A stretch of DNA of 64,000 bases from Rhodospirillaceae bacterium (GTDB taxonomy: Bacteria > Pseudomonadota > Alphaproteobacteria > UBA7887), in contig PBWV01000044.1 of the NCBI GenBank assembly GCA_002728255.1, positions 17,927 to 81,926 on the forward strand. The letters are read 5' to 3'. The translations under genes and the position numbers were made by a program. Below, piece after piece: positions 19,811 to 30,827 of this stretch (position 1 is its first letter; each line of letters starts with the position of its first letter). The notes beneath the pieces were generated by a model that had not been told where the DNA came from, made no database searches, and was given only the letters and a program-made list of their open reading frames with translations.

Positions 19811-21922
19811 TCACCCTTCTATAACCGAAAAATCTGCAACTGATCCCAGGAGGGCGCCAACCCTTCCCAGCAAACAAAGTCTATTTACACGAATTTCATC
19901 ATTTTCAACATTAACCTTGACCTGTTCAAAGAAGTTAGCGACAGCCGCCCCTAACTGAACCACACTCTTCATTGCACCAACAAAATCCTCGTCTACCAAA
20001 GCCTTCTGTATTTGCACATCCATAGATTCAAGCCTATCAAGAAGTGTTTTTTCCGCCGGTTCGGATAAAAGTTCGGGAACCACTTTTCCCCTAAAACTCA
20101 CCTTTTTCCTTCTCTCTTCTATTTGCACAATACTCATTGCCCTACTATAAACTCCTAACATCTGAAGCCCATCAGCAGAAGATAAAAAGTCATGTAATGC
20201 CTCAATCCGAAGCTGAAGCCGTACTAGATCAGCATTGTCAGGAACAGAGAACGCAGCCTCCACAATATCATGCCGAAATCCCATCTCACGAAGATAAACC
20301 TTCAGACGATCCAGGATAAACAGCAAAACTACCTCTCCAATTTTATCCCCACATGCAATATCTTGACCTATATAAGTTTCTCTGCTCCACGCAATCATTG
20401 CAGACAACGACACCCGCACCTTATTCTCAAGTATTATCCGCACAATGCCCAAAGCAGCTCTGCGCAAAGCAAATGGGTCTTTGGAACCCGTTGGGCGTTC
20501 GCCCGCAGTGAACATCCCAACCAGCGTATCAATTTTATCGGCGAGAGCCAAACAAATGCAGTTTGGTTCAGTGGGACAAGACATAGTTGGCCCAAGAGGG
20601 GCATAGTGACCCCCAATTGCTTCGGCAACAGGCCCCGGCTCGCCCTGGGCCAGGGCATAGTATTTCCCCATCACACCCTGGAGTTCAGCAAACTCGCCTA
20701 CCATTTCCGTGACAAGATCAGCCTTACAAAGTGCAGCTGCCCGCTGTAACGACTCTGAATCAGTGCCTGGTACAAACCTCCCTATTTTTGGAGCTAAAAC
20801 CGACAGCCGGACAACCTTATCAGCAACTGATCCGAGTTTTGTATGGAAAGTAATGTGCGAAAGACCCTTTCCATGATCAGAAAGTGAAATCGCCTTGTCC
20901 GTTTCCCAGAAGAATTTCGCATCGTGTAATCGTGCCCTCAGAACACGTTCATTCCCATCTACTATCCCATTGGTTTTAGAAAGACTCTCTATGTTAGACA
21001 CCATTATAAACCACGGCGCCAATGCTCCCTCTTTGGTGTGCAACGGAAAATACTTCTGATGGCTTTTCATGGAGGTAATCAGAACCTCATCGGGTAATGT
21101 CAAAAACTCTTGCTCTATCGCCCCCATAAATACCACCGGCCATTCCACAAGGCCCGCATTCTCATTTACGATGTCACCATCCAAATTTGTAGACAAGCCC
21201 TTTGCCGTAGCTAGGGCCAAAGCATTTTCCTCAATAGTTCTTTTCCGCGCTTCCCTATCAATCTGAACATATGTTGACTTTAATTGATCCTTGTACTCGT
21301 CAAAATTAGCGGGAGCGAACGTATCACAAGCCAAGAATTTATGCCCCCGCGTTTCGCTTCCAAAACAAAGTGTTTCTCCCGACCCCTTCCCGCGGACTAC
21401 ACCTAAATCAATACCCCCATTTACAACCTTCCCATCAAAAATACATAAAATAGACTCAATTGGACGCACCCATCTAAAGCTTCCCGCACCCCACCGCATG
21501 GACTTAGGCCAGCGCATCTCGCTCAAAATCTCTTTCACCAATTGAGACAAAATATCTCTGGTTTTACGACCTCCGACACGAAGGCGTGCTACATAAAATT
21601 CATTATTTTTGATTTTTTTTATCTCTATATCGGGATGATCTACCGAATCATAGCCCACTGATTCTAAAAAACCACCGACCGCCTTAGGGTTTGCACCTAC
21701 CTTTGGTCCTTTTCGCTCCTCTATAATTTCTTTCTGTTCCTTTGGAAGTCCATCCACTAATAAAATCAGCCGTTGCGGCGTGGAATACGATTTTAGCAGC
21801 TTAAACTCCATCCGATGCTCTCTTAATTTAAGGCGAAACGCATCCGCCAAACCTGATATTCCCTTATCCTGCATCCGTGCAGGCATCTCTTCTGATAATA
21901 TCTCGAGTAGAAATTCCGACAT
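19811..21922 (-). CDS. glyS: Glycine--tRNA ligase beta subunit.
   Basis: 703 aa directly downstream of glyQ, with the conserved GlyS layout. Confidence 0.85.
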   Translation of the reverse strand: MSEFLLEILSEEMPARMQDKGISGLADAFRLKLREHRMEFKLLKSYSTPQRLILLVDGLPKEQKEIIEERKGPKVGANPKAVGGFLESVGYDSVDHPDIEIKKIKNNEFYVARLRVGGRKTRDILSQLVKEILSEMRWPKSMRWGAGSFRWVRPIESILCIFDGKVVNGGIDLGVVRGKGSGETLCFGSETRGHKFLACDTFAPANFDEYKDQLKSTYVQIDREARKRTIEENALALATAKGLSTNLDGDIVNENAGLVEWPVVFMGAIEQEFLTLPDEVLITSMKSHQKYFPLHTKEGALAPWFIMVSNIESLSKTNGIVDGNERVLRARLHDAKFFWETDKAISLSDHGKGLSHITFHTKLGSVADKVVRLSVLAPKIGRFVPGTDSESLQRAAALCKADLVTEMVGEFAELQGVMGKYYALAQGEPGPVAEAIGGHYAPLGPTMSCPTEPNCICLALADKIDTLVGMFTAGERPTGSKDPFALRRAALGIVRIILENKVRVSLSAMIAWSRETYIGQDIACGDKIGEVVLLFILDRLKVYLREMGFRHDIVEAAFSVPDNADLVRLQLRIEALHDFLSSADGLQMLGVYSRAMSIVQIEERRKKVSFRGKVVPELLSEPAEKTLLDRLESMDVQIQKALVDEDFVGAMKSVVQLGAAVANFFEQVKVNVENDEIRVNRLCLLGRVGALLGSVADFSVIEG

Positions 21923-21923
21923 A

Positions 21924-22814
21924 TTAGCCCGGGGTCTTTTGGCGATTCGAAGCCAACCAAGATTCGCAGCAGTTTCTTGCTAGAGCACGCACGCGGCTTA
22001 TATATGCCTGGCGCTCAGTAACACTAATGACCCCGCGAGCATCAAGTAAATTAAATAGATGACTTGCCGCAATGCACTGATCATACGCGGGTAAGGTTAA
22101 ACCATTCTCTAAAAGGTCCGCACATGAGACTTCTGCATCATCAAAATTTCGCCTTAAGATTGTTACATTGGCTTTCTCAAAATTATAAGCGGAATATTGT
22201 CGTTCAGATTCGAGAAATACGTCCCCATAAGTTACCCCGGCACCATTCCAATCTAGTTCATATATATTTTCTACTCCTTGAACATACATCGCCAATCTTT
22301 CCAAGCCGTAGGTCAATTCCCCTGAAACGACCTCACAATCAATTCCCCCCACCTGCTGAAAATACGTGAACTGAGACACCTCCATCCCATCACACCATAC
22401 CTCCCAGCCTAAACCCCAAGCTCCAAGCGTTGGACTCTCCCAATCGTCCTCTACAAAACGCACATCGTGCTTTCTATAATCTATTCCTAAGGCCAACAAA
22501 CTATCCAGATAGAGCCGCTGTATCTCCTTCGGAGACGGTTTCAAAAGCACCTGGAACTGGTAGTAATGCTGCAGTCTATTTGGATTTACCCCATAGCGGC
22601 CATCTGCCGGCCGTCTGCAGGGTTGAACATATGCTACGCGCCAGGGATCCGGCCCTAAACTCCTCAAAAGAGTAGCAGGATGAAATGTCCCAGCACCAAC
22701 ACTCAAATCGTAAGGCTGCATCAGCACACACCCTTCCGAAGACCAATAGCCCTGCAATGTCAAAATCAACTGCTGGAAAGACGTTGCGGTCCCCGTATTT
22801 GTCTGGCTCAACAC
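21924..22814 (-). CDS. glyQ: Glycine--tRNA ligase alpha subunit.
   Basis: [25 protein letters not shown] ... highly conserved GlyQ sequence. Confidence 0.9.
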   Translation of the reverse strand: MLSQTNTGTATSFQQLILTLQGYWSSEGCVLMQPYDLSVGAGTFHPATLLRSLGPDPWRVAYVQPCRRPADGRYGVNPNRLQHYYQFQVLLKPSPKEIQRLYLDSLLALGIDYRKHDVRFVEDDWESPTLGAWGLGWEVWCDGMEVSQFTYFQQVGGIDCEVVSGELTYGLERLAMYVQGVENIYELDWNGAGVTYGDVFLESERQYSAYNFEKANVTILRRNFDDAEVSCADLLENGLTLPAYDQCIAASHLFNLLDARGVISVTERQAYISRVRALARNCCESWLASNRQKTPG

Positions 22815-22956
22815 TGTTCAATCACCAGACAGATAACGATATTTTGGATGACACTTAGATTCGATCATTACCAACTCTCAACATCACGGAAGTAAACCCG
22901 CCACAATCATGCTCGTATCATCACTTGCCACAATCCTGGGCATCCTAATCCCTATT

Positions 22957-23211
22957 TTACCCAGGATATGGACAATCAGGTTGGCCGCAGGATTTAGCCC
23001 CCTTAGTCGCCGAATAGTATGTGCCGCAATGAGCGCACTGAACCATATCCTCAGCCTCCAGCACCGAAGAAGGCTTCGGGCTGCGTTTTTTGGCATTTCT
23101 AACCTGCGCCCGTCGCTTTTTGTCAATACGCCCAATTAGCTTAAAGCCGTACCATACAATCACAATTATAGCGATGGTGAAGAGCAGCTTTTGTATACTA
23201 AACCCGAACAT
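22957..23211 (-). CDS. Small membrane-anchored protein with a C-terminal CxxC...C...C zinc-ribbon-like motif (hypothetical).
   Basis: One N-terminal TM helix (LLFTIAIIVIVWYGF), a basic linker, then CAHCGTYYSATKGAKSCGQPDCPY. Confidence 0.4.
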   Translation of the reverse strand: MFGFSIQKLLFTIAIIVIVWYGFKLIGRIDKKRRAQVRNAKKRSPKPSSVLEAEDMVQCAHCGTYYSATKGAKSCGQPDCPYPG

Positions 23212-23310
23212 ACCCCTATTTGAACAGTCCAGACCCGAAGGTCAAGCGTTTCCAGCGTATTAACCCAAAATCCAGCTTTTAACTCAGAAACTCCTACTCC
23301 AAAATAAGCC

Positions 23311-24156
23311 CTAAAGCCCATACCTTGACCAGAGGGCTTGCGCTTCCACCTGACACCATAGCTTATCTACAAACTCGGCCGGGAAGTGCCCATCAAAAAA
23401 GTTATTTTGGCCTACTCCCATTCTCCTCCGGAACCAATTTTTTGGCGCCTCCACAAATTTAATCCGGACATCCTCTCCAAAACGTTGGCGGGTGATTGAA
23501 TAGAGGTCTCCCAATCCGTCAACTAGGCCCAGCTCTAGCGCACGTTTGCCAGTCCAGACATCCCCATTAAAAAGAATTTCCGCGTCTCCATTGAGTCGTT
23601 TCCCACGGCGTTGCTGAACATACTCTATAAAGCCCTCATAAATCTCTTTCTGTATACCCTTCAGCATGGCAATCCCATCGGGATCCTCTGCCTTAAAGGG
23701 ATCCAACATCGCCTTGTGTTTGCCCTCAGAGTAAACTCGCCTCTCTACACCCATACGATGGATTGCCTCCTGAAAACCAAAGCCTGAAGAAATAACCCCA
23801 ATGGAGCCAACAATTGAATTTGAATCAGCAAAGATCTCATCAGCTGCACAGGCGAGCCAATATCCCCCCGACGCTGCAACATCCTCCAAAAATGCAAAAA
23901 TTGGGAGACTTTTCTCAGATGCCAAAGCTCTAATACGACGACTGATCAACGCGGATTGCACAGGGGAACCACCAGGCGAATTAATGGATAAAGCAATAGC
24001 TTTAACCCCCCTCATGGAAAATGCCCGCCGAATAGATTGGTCCAAAGAGGCTATACTCAACCCTCCGGAAACAGGCCTCCCAGAAGCGGCAATAACGCCC
24101 GACAACCTCAAAACCGCCACCTTAGGAACGGGCCTGGAAAACGGCCAAACTCTCAT
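23311..24156 (-). CDS. sppA: Signal peptide peptidase SppA (36K type, S49 family).
   Basis: INSPGGSPVQSALI ... AASGGYWLACAADEIFADSNSIVGSIGV, the S49 catalytic Ser region. Confidence 0.8.
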   Translation of the reverse strand: MRVWPFSRPVPKVAVLRLSGVIAASGRPVSGGLSIASLDQSIRRAFSMRGVKAIALSINSPGGSPVQSALISRRIRALASEKSLPIFAFLEDVAASGGYWLACAADEIFADSNSIVGSIGVISSGFGFQEAIHRMGVERRVYSEGKHKAMLDPFKAEDPDGIAMLKGIQKEIYEGFIEYVQQRRGKRLNGDAEILFNGDVWTGKRALELGLVDGLGDLYSITRQRFGEDVRIKFVEAPKNWFRRRMGVGQNNFFDGHFPAEFVDKLWCQVEAQALWSRYGL

Positions 24157-24212
24157 TACCCTAACCTTTCATAACTAAATATGCGGCCCTTCTAAGACCC
24201 ATATCAAGGACT

Positions 24213-24983
24213 TTAGAACTCCAAAGCGCCACCCGAATATAAAATCTGCGTCGCCGATATGGTGTACTGACCTTCACCATCATGCAAGACTAGACCCGCA
24301 CAAAATTTGACTGGGCCTCGACGACCCTTTCGCCCCCTTACTATCACCCGCTTGGCTTCTTTTCCAAAGCTTGGCCAAATCGGGAATACACTTATATCCC
24401 CCGCAACCTCTCGCACCCTGGACAATAACTCATCTACGCGATCGGCACGATGAATAAAAGTGAGTGTGCCGGCATCTCTGGCAAGTGATGCAGCGGCATA
24501 GACCCATTCTCGAAGACCTATTCCAACTTCAATCCTAGAGCGATCCAGGGCAGATGTGGTTTGTGCCCTTGACGCCGGCAAATAAGGAGGATTGATCATG
24601 ACATGATCAAACCTTGGCTTCCATAATTTCTCAACCTCGGAGACATCTCCCAAAATAAATTTTATTCGTTTTTCAAAGCCGTTGAGAGATATATTCTGGA
24701 TTCCCAGAGAAAGCAAAGGTTCTTGCACTTCGATTCCTTCTATGTGGCATTCTTTTACTCTATAAGCCAAACACAAGGACGCCGACCCTACTCCTGAGCC
24801 AAGATCCATAACGCTATCACCATCGGCCGCCGGAACAGCTGAAGCGAGAAGGACTGAGTCAAGGGCCGCCCTATAACCCTTTCTAGGTTGAAACAACAAA
24901 ATCCGGCCGCCCAACAGTTTATCTTTGGTCGTCTCACCCCCATCCTCTTCAATATTTTCTACCACCTTCACAACTGGCCTCAC
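24213..24983 (-). CDS. tRNA1(Val) adenine37-N6-methyltransferase-like (TrmN6/YfiC family) SAM-dependent MTase.
   Basis: DLGSGVGSASL SAM motif and MINPPY catalytic motif; collinear similarity to YfiC. Confidence 0.65.
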   Translation of the reverse strand: MRPVVKVVENIEEDGGETTKDKLLGGRILLFQPRKGYRAALDSVLLASAVPAADGDSVMDLGSGVGSASLCLAYRVKECHIEGIEVQEPLLSLGIQNISLNGFEKRIKFILGDVSEVEKLWKPRFDHVMINPPYLPASRAQTTSALDRSRIEVGIGLREWVYAAASLARDAGTLTFIHRADRVDELLSRVREVAGDISVFPIWPSFGKEAKRVIVRGRKGRRGPVKFCAGLVLHDGEGQYTISATQILYSGGALEF

Positions 24984-25021
24984 TCAACACGTACTTTAAG
25001 AAACATTCAATCTTCAATGAT

Positions 25022-25657
25022 CTAAGGGATATCCGCAAACTTATGAACTTGCAAACTGAGTAGCCAATTCGGGTTAACATAACAATACTCAGCCGCTGCG
25101 GCCATATTCGCCGCCAATCGACTTCCTGACATGGGCTGTAGCAAGAAATTGCTGAAGTCAAGATCTTGAAAAAAACCTGGCTCGAGCCCCATCTGAGGAA
25201 AAACTAACTTCAATTCGTCACCACGAGTGCACTTCAAAGGGGCGCCAGCTTTTGGACTTACACATATCCAATCCACTCCCTCAGGCGGCAACATAGTCCC
25301 ATTCGTTTCTACGGCGACCAAAAAACCGAGTCTATGAAGACAATCAACCAATTCGTGGTCAAGCTGAAGAAGGGGCTCCCCACCTGTCAAAACCACTAAC
25401 TTAGGGCCCGAAAAATTCTTTTGCCACAAGGCGCCTATAGAATAGGCTAGTGATTCCGCCGAGGTATAACGCCCGCCCATCACACCATCCATGCCAACAA
25501 AATCCGTATCACAAAATTTGCAAATCGCTCTCTCGCGGCTAGGTTCGAGACCGTTCCACAAGTTACACCCGGAGAATCGGCAAAAAACTGCAGGGGTTCC
25601 TGCGTTTACCCCCTCTCCTTGCAGGGTAAAGTACATTTCCTTTACGGTATATGCCAT
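25022..25657 (-). CDS. queE: 7-carboxy-7-deazaguanine synthase (radical SAM).
   Basis: MAYTVKEMYFTLQGEGVNAGTPAVFCRFSGCNLWNG. Confidence 0.85.
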   Translation of the reverse strand: MAYTVKEMYFTLQGEGVNAGTPAVFCRFSGCNLWNGLEPSRERAICKFCDTDFVGMDGVMGGRYTSAESLAYSIGALWQKNFSGPKLVVLTGGEPLLQLDHELVDCLHRLGFLVAVETNGTMLPPEGVDWICVSPKAGAPLKCTRGDELKLVFPQMGLEPGFFQDLDFSNFLLQPMSGSRLAANMAAAAEYCYVNPNWLLSLQVHKFADIP

Positions 25658-25747
25658 TAACGGACCTCCAGGCGTCTAGCGAAGCAAACTTACTTGTCGA
25701 ACACCAACCACTTGTGGCCTCTTGCTAGTCTCCTAAAGAGCTAGTTT

Positions 25748-26458
25748 TTAGAGGCACCCATTCATAAATCTCTTATAACCCTGCATACGTAACACACATG
25801 CCGGGCACTCGCCACATCCGTAGCCCCAGGAGTACCGGCTAGACCTCTCCCCCAAATAACACGTGTGAGTCTCCTCAAGAATCAATTGTATCAGAGGGTC
25901 TCCGCCTAGTTCACAGGCCAATCCCCAGGTCTCAGCCTTGTCAAGCCACATCAACGGGGTCTCTATTACTAACCTCGCATCCATTCCCAGATTTAAGGCA
26001 ACCTGCATAGCCTTAACACTATCGTCACGGCAATCCGGGTAACCCGCGAAATCCGTTTCACACATTCCACCAATGACATATCTAGTCTCCCTCTGATACG
26101 CAATTGCAGCTGCTAGACTAAGAAAAATAATATTCCGTCCCGGAACAAAAGTAGTTGGCAAACCATCCGGGCTAATGGTGATCTCCTGATCTCCCGTTAG
26201 AGCCGATGAGCTAATTTGAGACAAAGCAGGAATCTCTATAAGATGGTTTTTGTTAAGACGTTCGCCCCACAATGGGAATTGTGTTCGGATTAACTCAAGA
26301 ATTCTCGTCCGACATTCAAGTTCGACAACGTGACGTTGCCCATAGTCAAAAGATATCGTTTCAACTTGCTCGTACTTGCTCAGGGCCCAAGCAAGACAAA
26401 CTGCGCTGTCTTGACCTCCGGAAAACAGAACGAGGGCTTTTTTGTTATTTAAAGTCAT
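25748..26458 (-). CDS. queC: 7-cyano-7-deazaguanine synthase.
   Basis: [21 protein letters not shown]-loop and C-terminal zinc Cys cluster [10 protein letters not shown]. The longest ORF extends to 26527. Confidence 0.85.
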   Translation of the reverse strand: MTLNNKKALVLFSGGQDSAVCLAWALSKYEQVETISFDYGQRHVVELECRTRILELIRTQFPLWGERLNKNHLIEIPALSQISSSALTGDQEITISPDGLPTTFVPGRNIIFLSLAAAIAYQRETRYVIGGMCETDFAGYPDCRDDSVKAMQVALNLGMDARLVIETPLMWLDKAETWGLACELGGDPLIQLILEETHTCYLGERSSRYSWGYGCGECPACVLRMQGYKRFMNGCL

Positions 26459-26562
26459 TGGATCATTCTCTTGATTAAACAAGCTCATGGAAAATATCAC
26501 AGGATAATGTTTTGATGTTACCCCCAAATACCTGATATCGAGTCACCGGATAGGACCATATT

Positions 26563-27372
26563 TCATCTCTCATGCCATTGATCAACAACCTCATTAAGAT
26601 GATTAAGTTCCGCTGGGCTAAGCAGTGACATCACCCGCGACCGACCTTTAACTGCCTCAGGATCGCCATTGGCGGAAGCAAGAGCGTACCAAAAATAGGC
26701 TCTCGCCATATCGGATTCTACCACCACCCCTTGTTCGTATAGCGACCCGACTATTTTTTGAGACCTTGGATGCCCCGCCTTTGCTCCAATCCGAAACCAC
26801 TTGACCGCTTCAAGTTCATTACTATCAACGCCAATCCCATCACGGTAAATCTGCGCCATTTCATAGACCGCCTCCCGGACACCTTGGTTCGCCGCACCAA
26901 GAAGCAAGTCTCTCGCTAAAACGAGATCAGCCACTACCCCTAAACCTTTAAGGTATTGCATACCTAGATAATATTTTCCAAAAGGGTTCCCTCGGTCAGC
27001 AGCCAATTGAAACCAAGATAATGCCGTAGACGGGTTGCCGGCTAACCCCAAACCACTCAAATAAAGCCTACCCAAGTTGACCTGTGATAACACATGCCCC
27101 TGGCTAGCAGCCCTCCGATACCACTCCATTGCAGTGATAGCGCTAGATTCAATGCCCTGACCAAAACGGTAAAGGGTAGCCAAGTTATATTGCGCTGTAG
27201 GGTTTCCGGTAAGCGCCAAAGGCAGCCAAATTGAATACGCCAATTCGTAATCCCCACTATCATAGGCTAACTCAGCTTCATTTAGGTCAGCGACCGCTCT
27301 AGAGGGAATTAACTGCAATCCAACCAAAATTCCGACCAAACAAGCCATATTATGGAAAACTTTGAATATCAT
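26563..27372 (-). CDS. Sel1-repeat (TPR-like) secreted protein.
   Basis: Signal peptide plus repeated AxxWYxxAAxQGxxxAQxxLGxxY units. Confidence 0.75.
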   Translation of the reverse strand: MIFKVFHNMACLVGILVGLQLIPSRAVADLNEAELAYDSGDYELAYSIWLPLALTGNPTAQYNLATLYRFGQGIESSAITAMEWYRRAASQGHVLSQVNLGRLYLSGLGLAGNPSTALSWFQLAADRGNPFGKYYLGMQYLKGLGVVADLVLARDLLLGAANQGVREAVYEMAQIYRDGIGVDSNELEAVKWFRIGAKAGHPRSQKIVGSLYEQGVVVESDMARAYFWYALASANGDPEAVKGRSRVMSLLSPAELNHLNEVVDQWHER

Positions 27373-27521
27373 CTCACTTGACCTACGGTATTTAGATAAA
27401 CAAGTTCAAACCTAACATACTTGCAAACATCTCTTGTCGATATATACAGGAATGATAAAGATATTATGAACTTGGTTAAAAATTGGCCAAATCATTGAAA
27501 TAAGGTTCTGCACCAATATAA

Positions 27522-28976
27522 ATGGGGTATCACCAACCAAAAATTGCGGATTTTGTTATACGCTCAGCCTTTATTGTGGATGGTAGCGGCGGCCCCGGCT
27601 TTATTGGGGATGTAGCCGTTACTGATGACAGGATAGTTGGCATTGGCGATTTGAGTGAAACTACGTCGGGCATGGAAAGAAATGGAAAGAATCTTGTACT
27701 CTCTCCCGGATTCATCGATGTCCACACCCATGACGATCGGGCTCTCTTATCCACTCCTACACTAGACTTTAAAGTGAGCCAGGGTGTCACCACTGTAGTC
27801 ACTGGCAACTGCGGGATCAGCTTAGCACCATTAAGCGGGCAAGAAATACCCCCTCCACTTGATCTAATAGCAACCGAACCCAGCCAGTTATTCGCAAAAT
27901 TTTCTCACTATCTAGAAGCCCTAGATCTTGAGCCACCGGCCGTAAACACTGCAGCCCTGGTTGGACACTCGACCCTTCGGATCGACTCTATGCAAGACCT
28001 TCAACGCCCAGCTTCTAATAATGAAACCAATATGATGAAGCAAAAGTTGGAAAAATCTCTTGACGCGGGAGCTATAGGCTTTAGCACGGGCCTTGCCTAT
28101 CAGCCCGCCTCGCATGCCTCCACAGAGGAAGTGATTAGCCTTGCGAAAAGCCTTCGCTCAGTGAAAAGCGTTCACACAACCCATATGCGGAACGAGGGGA
28201 ATTTTATCAAAGATTCTTTAGAAGAAACATTCCAAATAGGACTCGAGGCAGAAGTTCCTATTGTCATTTCCCATCATAAAGTAGGAGGGAAGGCAAACTT
28301 CGGAAGATCAAAAGAAACCCTTGCCATGATTGATAGCGCACGGAAACGTCAACCCTTAACTTTCGACGTCTACCCTTATGTGGCAAGCTCAACCATACTA
28401 GGTGTAAAAGGGCTAGACTCTGCCTCTAAGATAATAGTGACCTGGTCTAAGAAAAGGCCTGACCTCGCGGGTCGTGATTTATCAGCCATAGCTAAAATTC
28501 TTGACTGCCCACCGAAAGAGGCGATTAAGGCCTTATCGCCTGCTGGTGCTATATATTTTATGATGGACGAAGATGACGTACGCCGAATAATCTCGCATCC
28601 AGCTGCAATGATTGGGTCAGATGGATTGCCACATGATGCCCACCCACATCCTCGCTTGTGGGGAACTTTTCCGCGAGTTCTTGGGCACTACTCTCGAAAT
28701 ACTCAATTGCTGACACTCGAAGAATCTGTAAGACGAATGACGTCCTTGCCAGCAACAGAGTTTGGTTTGTCGGGACGTGGACAAATTGCCGTAGGCAATT
28801 ATGCAGACCTAGTACTTTTTAATTCAAATACAATTATAGATCAGGCTACTTTTGAAAAACCAACGGAAAAAGCCGATGGCATTGAACTAGTCATGGTTAA
28901 TGGCCGCACTACCTGGGAGAACAAGAAATCTACGGGCTCTCGACCTGGCAAAGTCGTTCGACGAGGTGATTCCTAA
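27522..28976 (+). CDS. N-acyl-D-amino-acid deacylase (D-aminoacylase) family amidohydrolase.
   Basis: GFIDVHTHDD metal-binding motif; 484 aa, D-aminoacylase-like length and C-terminal domain. Confidence 0.7.
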   Translation: MGYHQPKIADFVIRSAFIVDGSGGPGFIGDVAVTDDRIVGIGDLSETTSGMERNGKNLVLSPGFIDVHTHDDRALLSTPTLDFKVSQGVTTVVTGNCGISLAPLSGQEIPPPLDLIATEPSQLFAKFSHYLEALDLEPPAVNTAALVGHSTLRIDSMQDLQRPASNNETNMMKQKLEKSLDAGAIGFSTGLAYQPASHASTEEVISLAKSLRSVKSVHTTHMRNEGNFIKDSLEETFQIGLEAEVPIVISHHKVGGKANFGRSKETLAMIDSARKRQPLTFDVYPYVASSTILGVKGLDSASKIIVTWSKKRPDLAGRDLSAIAKILDCPPKEAIKALSPAGAIYFMMDEDDVRRIISHPAAMIGSDGLPHDAHPHPRLWGTFPRVLGHYSRNTQLLTLEESVRRMTSLPATEFGLSGRGQIAVGNYADLVLFNSNTIIDQATFEKPTEKADGIELVMVNGRTTWENKKSTGSRPGKVVRRGDS

Positions 28977-29040
28977 AATAGTATTTACCCATTACTACGC
29001 TCGACACATCAACCTCCCGCGCCTCAGGAAACTTCACCCC

Positions 29041-30621
29041 TCATTCACGTCCGACCTTTTTTACTAGCGGCAAAAATATGAGACTCAAGGCTAAGCAAAT
29101 AGCCACTACGGTTGTTATTTCATTGAATGCCAATATCATAGCTTCTCTTTCACCTAAAAGTGCATACCGTTGGATAGATGCAATTGTCGCCGATGGGGAC
29201 TCCCCTAAAATCGCAGATCCTGCAGACTCGAGGACCCCTAAGGTCTCCTGCGTTGTAGGATCACCCGCAACTATCGACTCACGCATCACCTGGTAGTGAT
29301 GCCTGGTGCGAACGAACAAATAATTGTTAGCTATAGCCACGCATATCGCCCCACCTAGCCGCATGCTCAATTGAAACAAGGCCGTACCCGCCTTTACCTG
29401 CCGCTCCGGTAACGAACCAACAGCCAGTCCGACCATAGATAAAAAGCACATTTGCGTAGCGATTCCTCTCAGGACCTGGGGCCACAAGAGTTCAAAAAAT
29501 CCAGTATCAAAGTTAAGTTGCGCCTGATACCAAGTCCCAAGAGCCATCAAACTGAATCCAACTATCGCCACGTTTCGCAAGCTAAAGGTGCGCATTATCC
29601 ACGGCATAAAAAATGTACACACCATCATTGTTAGCCCCAACACAACCAGCATTGAACCAATTTGCCAGGTATTTAGACCGAGAATTCTAGATAGAAATAA
29701 TGGCAACAAATACAAGGGAACAAACATTCCTGCCCCAAACACAGCTAAATAAAAAGATCCAAAAGAAAAATTAATATTCCCAAATACTCGCAAATCAATC
29801 AGTGGGTTTTTGCAGGCAAGCTCTCGCCACACAAATAAAATTCCGGCTATCAATGACATTATGGAAAGCAAAATAACCATCTCGGAACGAAACCAATCCT
29901 GCCTTCTACCTTCCTCCAAAACTACAAGGAGAGAAATAAAACAAGTAGCCATGAGGGCGATACCCAGCAAATCTACATCTTTAAAAATTGACCAATTTGG
30001 TTCATCTAGATCCACACAGAAAAAAACTAAGGCAGCGGAAATAAGAGCGAATGGCACACTAAAATAAAAGAGCCACGGCCAAGAAGCTTCTTCACTTATC
30101 CATCCACCCAAACTTGGGCCCAAAGCCATGGCACTTGTGCCAAGCAAGGAGACAATTGCGAGGAGGTAGTTCTGATAGTGCTTGGGATAAGAGGCATAGA
30201 TCGCTGCAAAAATCATAGGTGCTAACCCCCCTCCCATTAGGCCTTGTAACGACCGGAACACTATCATTTCCTCAATACTAGTTGCCTGAGCGCATCCAAT
30301 GCTCGCAGCACCAAAAGCTAGGGTGCAGATTGTGAACAACCATCGTGTCGACATCAACCTAGATAGCCATCCCGCCATTGGAATCATTATAACTTCTGCT
30401 ATGAGAGCCGATGTCAGCACCCAACTTACCTCTTCAGGGCCCGCCGCCAAACCACCTTTTATCTCGTCAAAAGAACTTCCCACAATTTGAATGTTAAGAA
30501 CAGCGAGAAACATGCCCATTGCCATTCCTACAAAAGCAACCAACCGTTTGAGTTCCACGCGGTCCGCGGCATCTCCTTTCTTCTCGTCTATCAAAACAGG
30601 GTATCCTTTAGAAACGACCAT
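29041..30621 (-). CDS. MFS transporter, DHA2 (14-TMS EmrB/QacA-like) drug:H+ antiporter family.
   Basis: 526 aa, multiple TM segments, MFS signature motifs. Confidence 0.7.
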   Translation of the reverse strand: MVVSKGYPVLIDEKKGDAADRVELKRLVAFVGMAMGMFLAVLNIQIVGSSFDEIKGGLAAGPEEVSWVLTSALIAEVIMIPMAGWLSRLMSTRWLFTICTLAFGAASIGCAQATSIEEMIVFRSLQGLMGGGLAPMIFAAIYASYPKHYQNYLLAIVSLLGTSAMALGPSLGGWISEEASWPWLFYFSVPFALISAALVFFCVDLDEPNWSIFKDVDLLGIALMATCFISLLVVLEEGRRQDWFRSEMVILLSIMSLIAGILFVWRELACKNPLIDLRVFGNINFSFGSFYLAVFGAGMFVPLYLLPLFLSRILGLNTWQIGSMLVVLGLTMMVCTFFMPWIMRTFSLRNVAIVGFSLMALGTWYQAQLNFDTGFFELLWPQVLRGIATQMCFLSMVGLAVGSLPERQVKAGTALFQLSMRLGGAICVAIANNYLFVRTRHHYQVMRESIVAGDPTTQETLGVLESAGSAILGESPSATIASIQRYALLGEREAMILAFNEITTVVAICLALSLIFLPLVKKVGRE

Positions 30622-30827
30622 ACAGATCGCGCCATAAGAGGCAGTATCAACATTTGGAATTCACGAAACTTTATGAACGAAGACCCTCGATGACTTCATG
30701 TACCTCACCACACCAAGGCCTCCCAACATATTGCGGGAAAGAACCATAGACCATGCAAACTGCACTATCCCAAGCAATGCAGGCCTCCAGGATAGGACAA
30801 ACTGCCGTAAATAAGTAACCCCGTCAA

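Noticed and set aside
22884-23135. Alternative 83-aa ORF overlapping the small zinc-ribbon gene in another frame.
   Set aside because: Arg/Leu-rich with no motifs. The frame with a TM helix plus a Cys4 ribbon is more protein-like.
24213-26458. Considered a dpd-like 7-deazaguanine DNA-modification system (queC and queE beside a methyltransferase).
   Set aside because: The MTase is collinear with tRNA-specific TrmN6/YfiC. No DpdA/TGT-like or helicase genes are adjacent. An ordinary queuosine pathway is more parsimonious, though the locus is kept as a low-interest finding.
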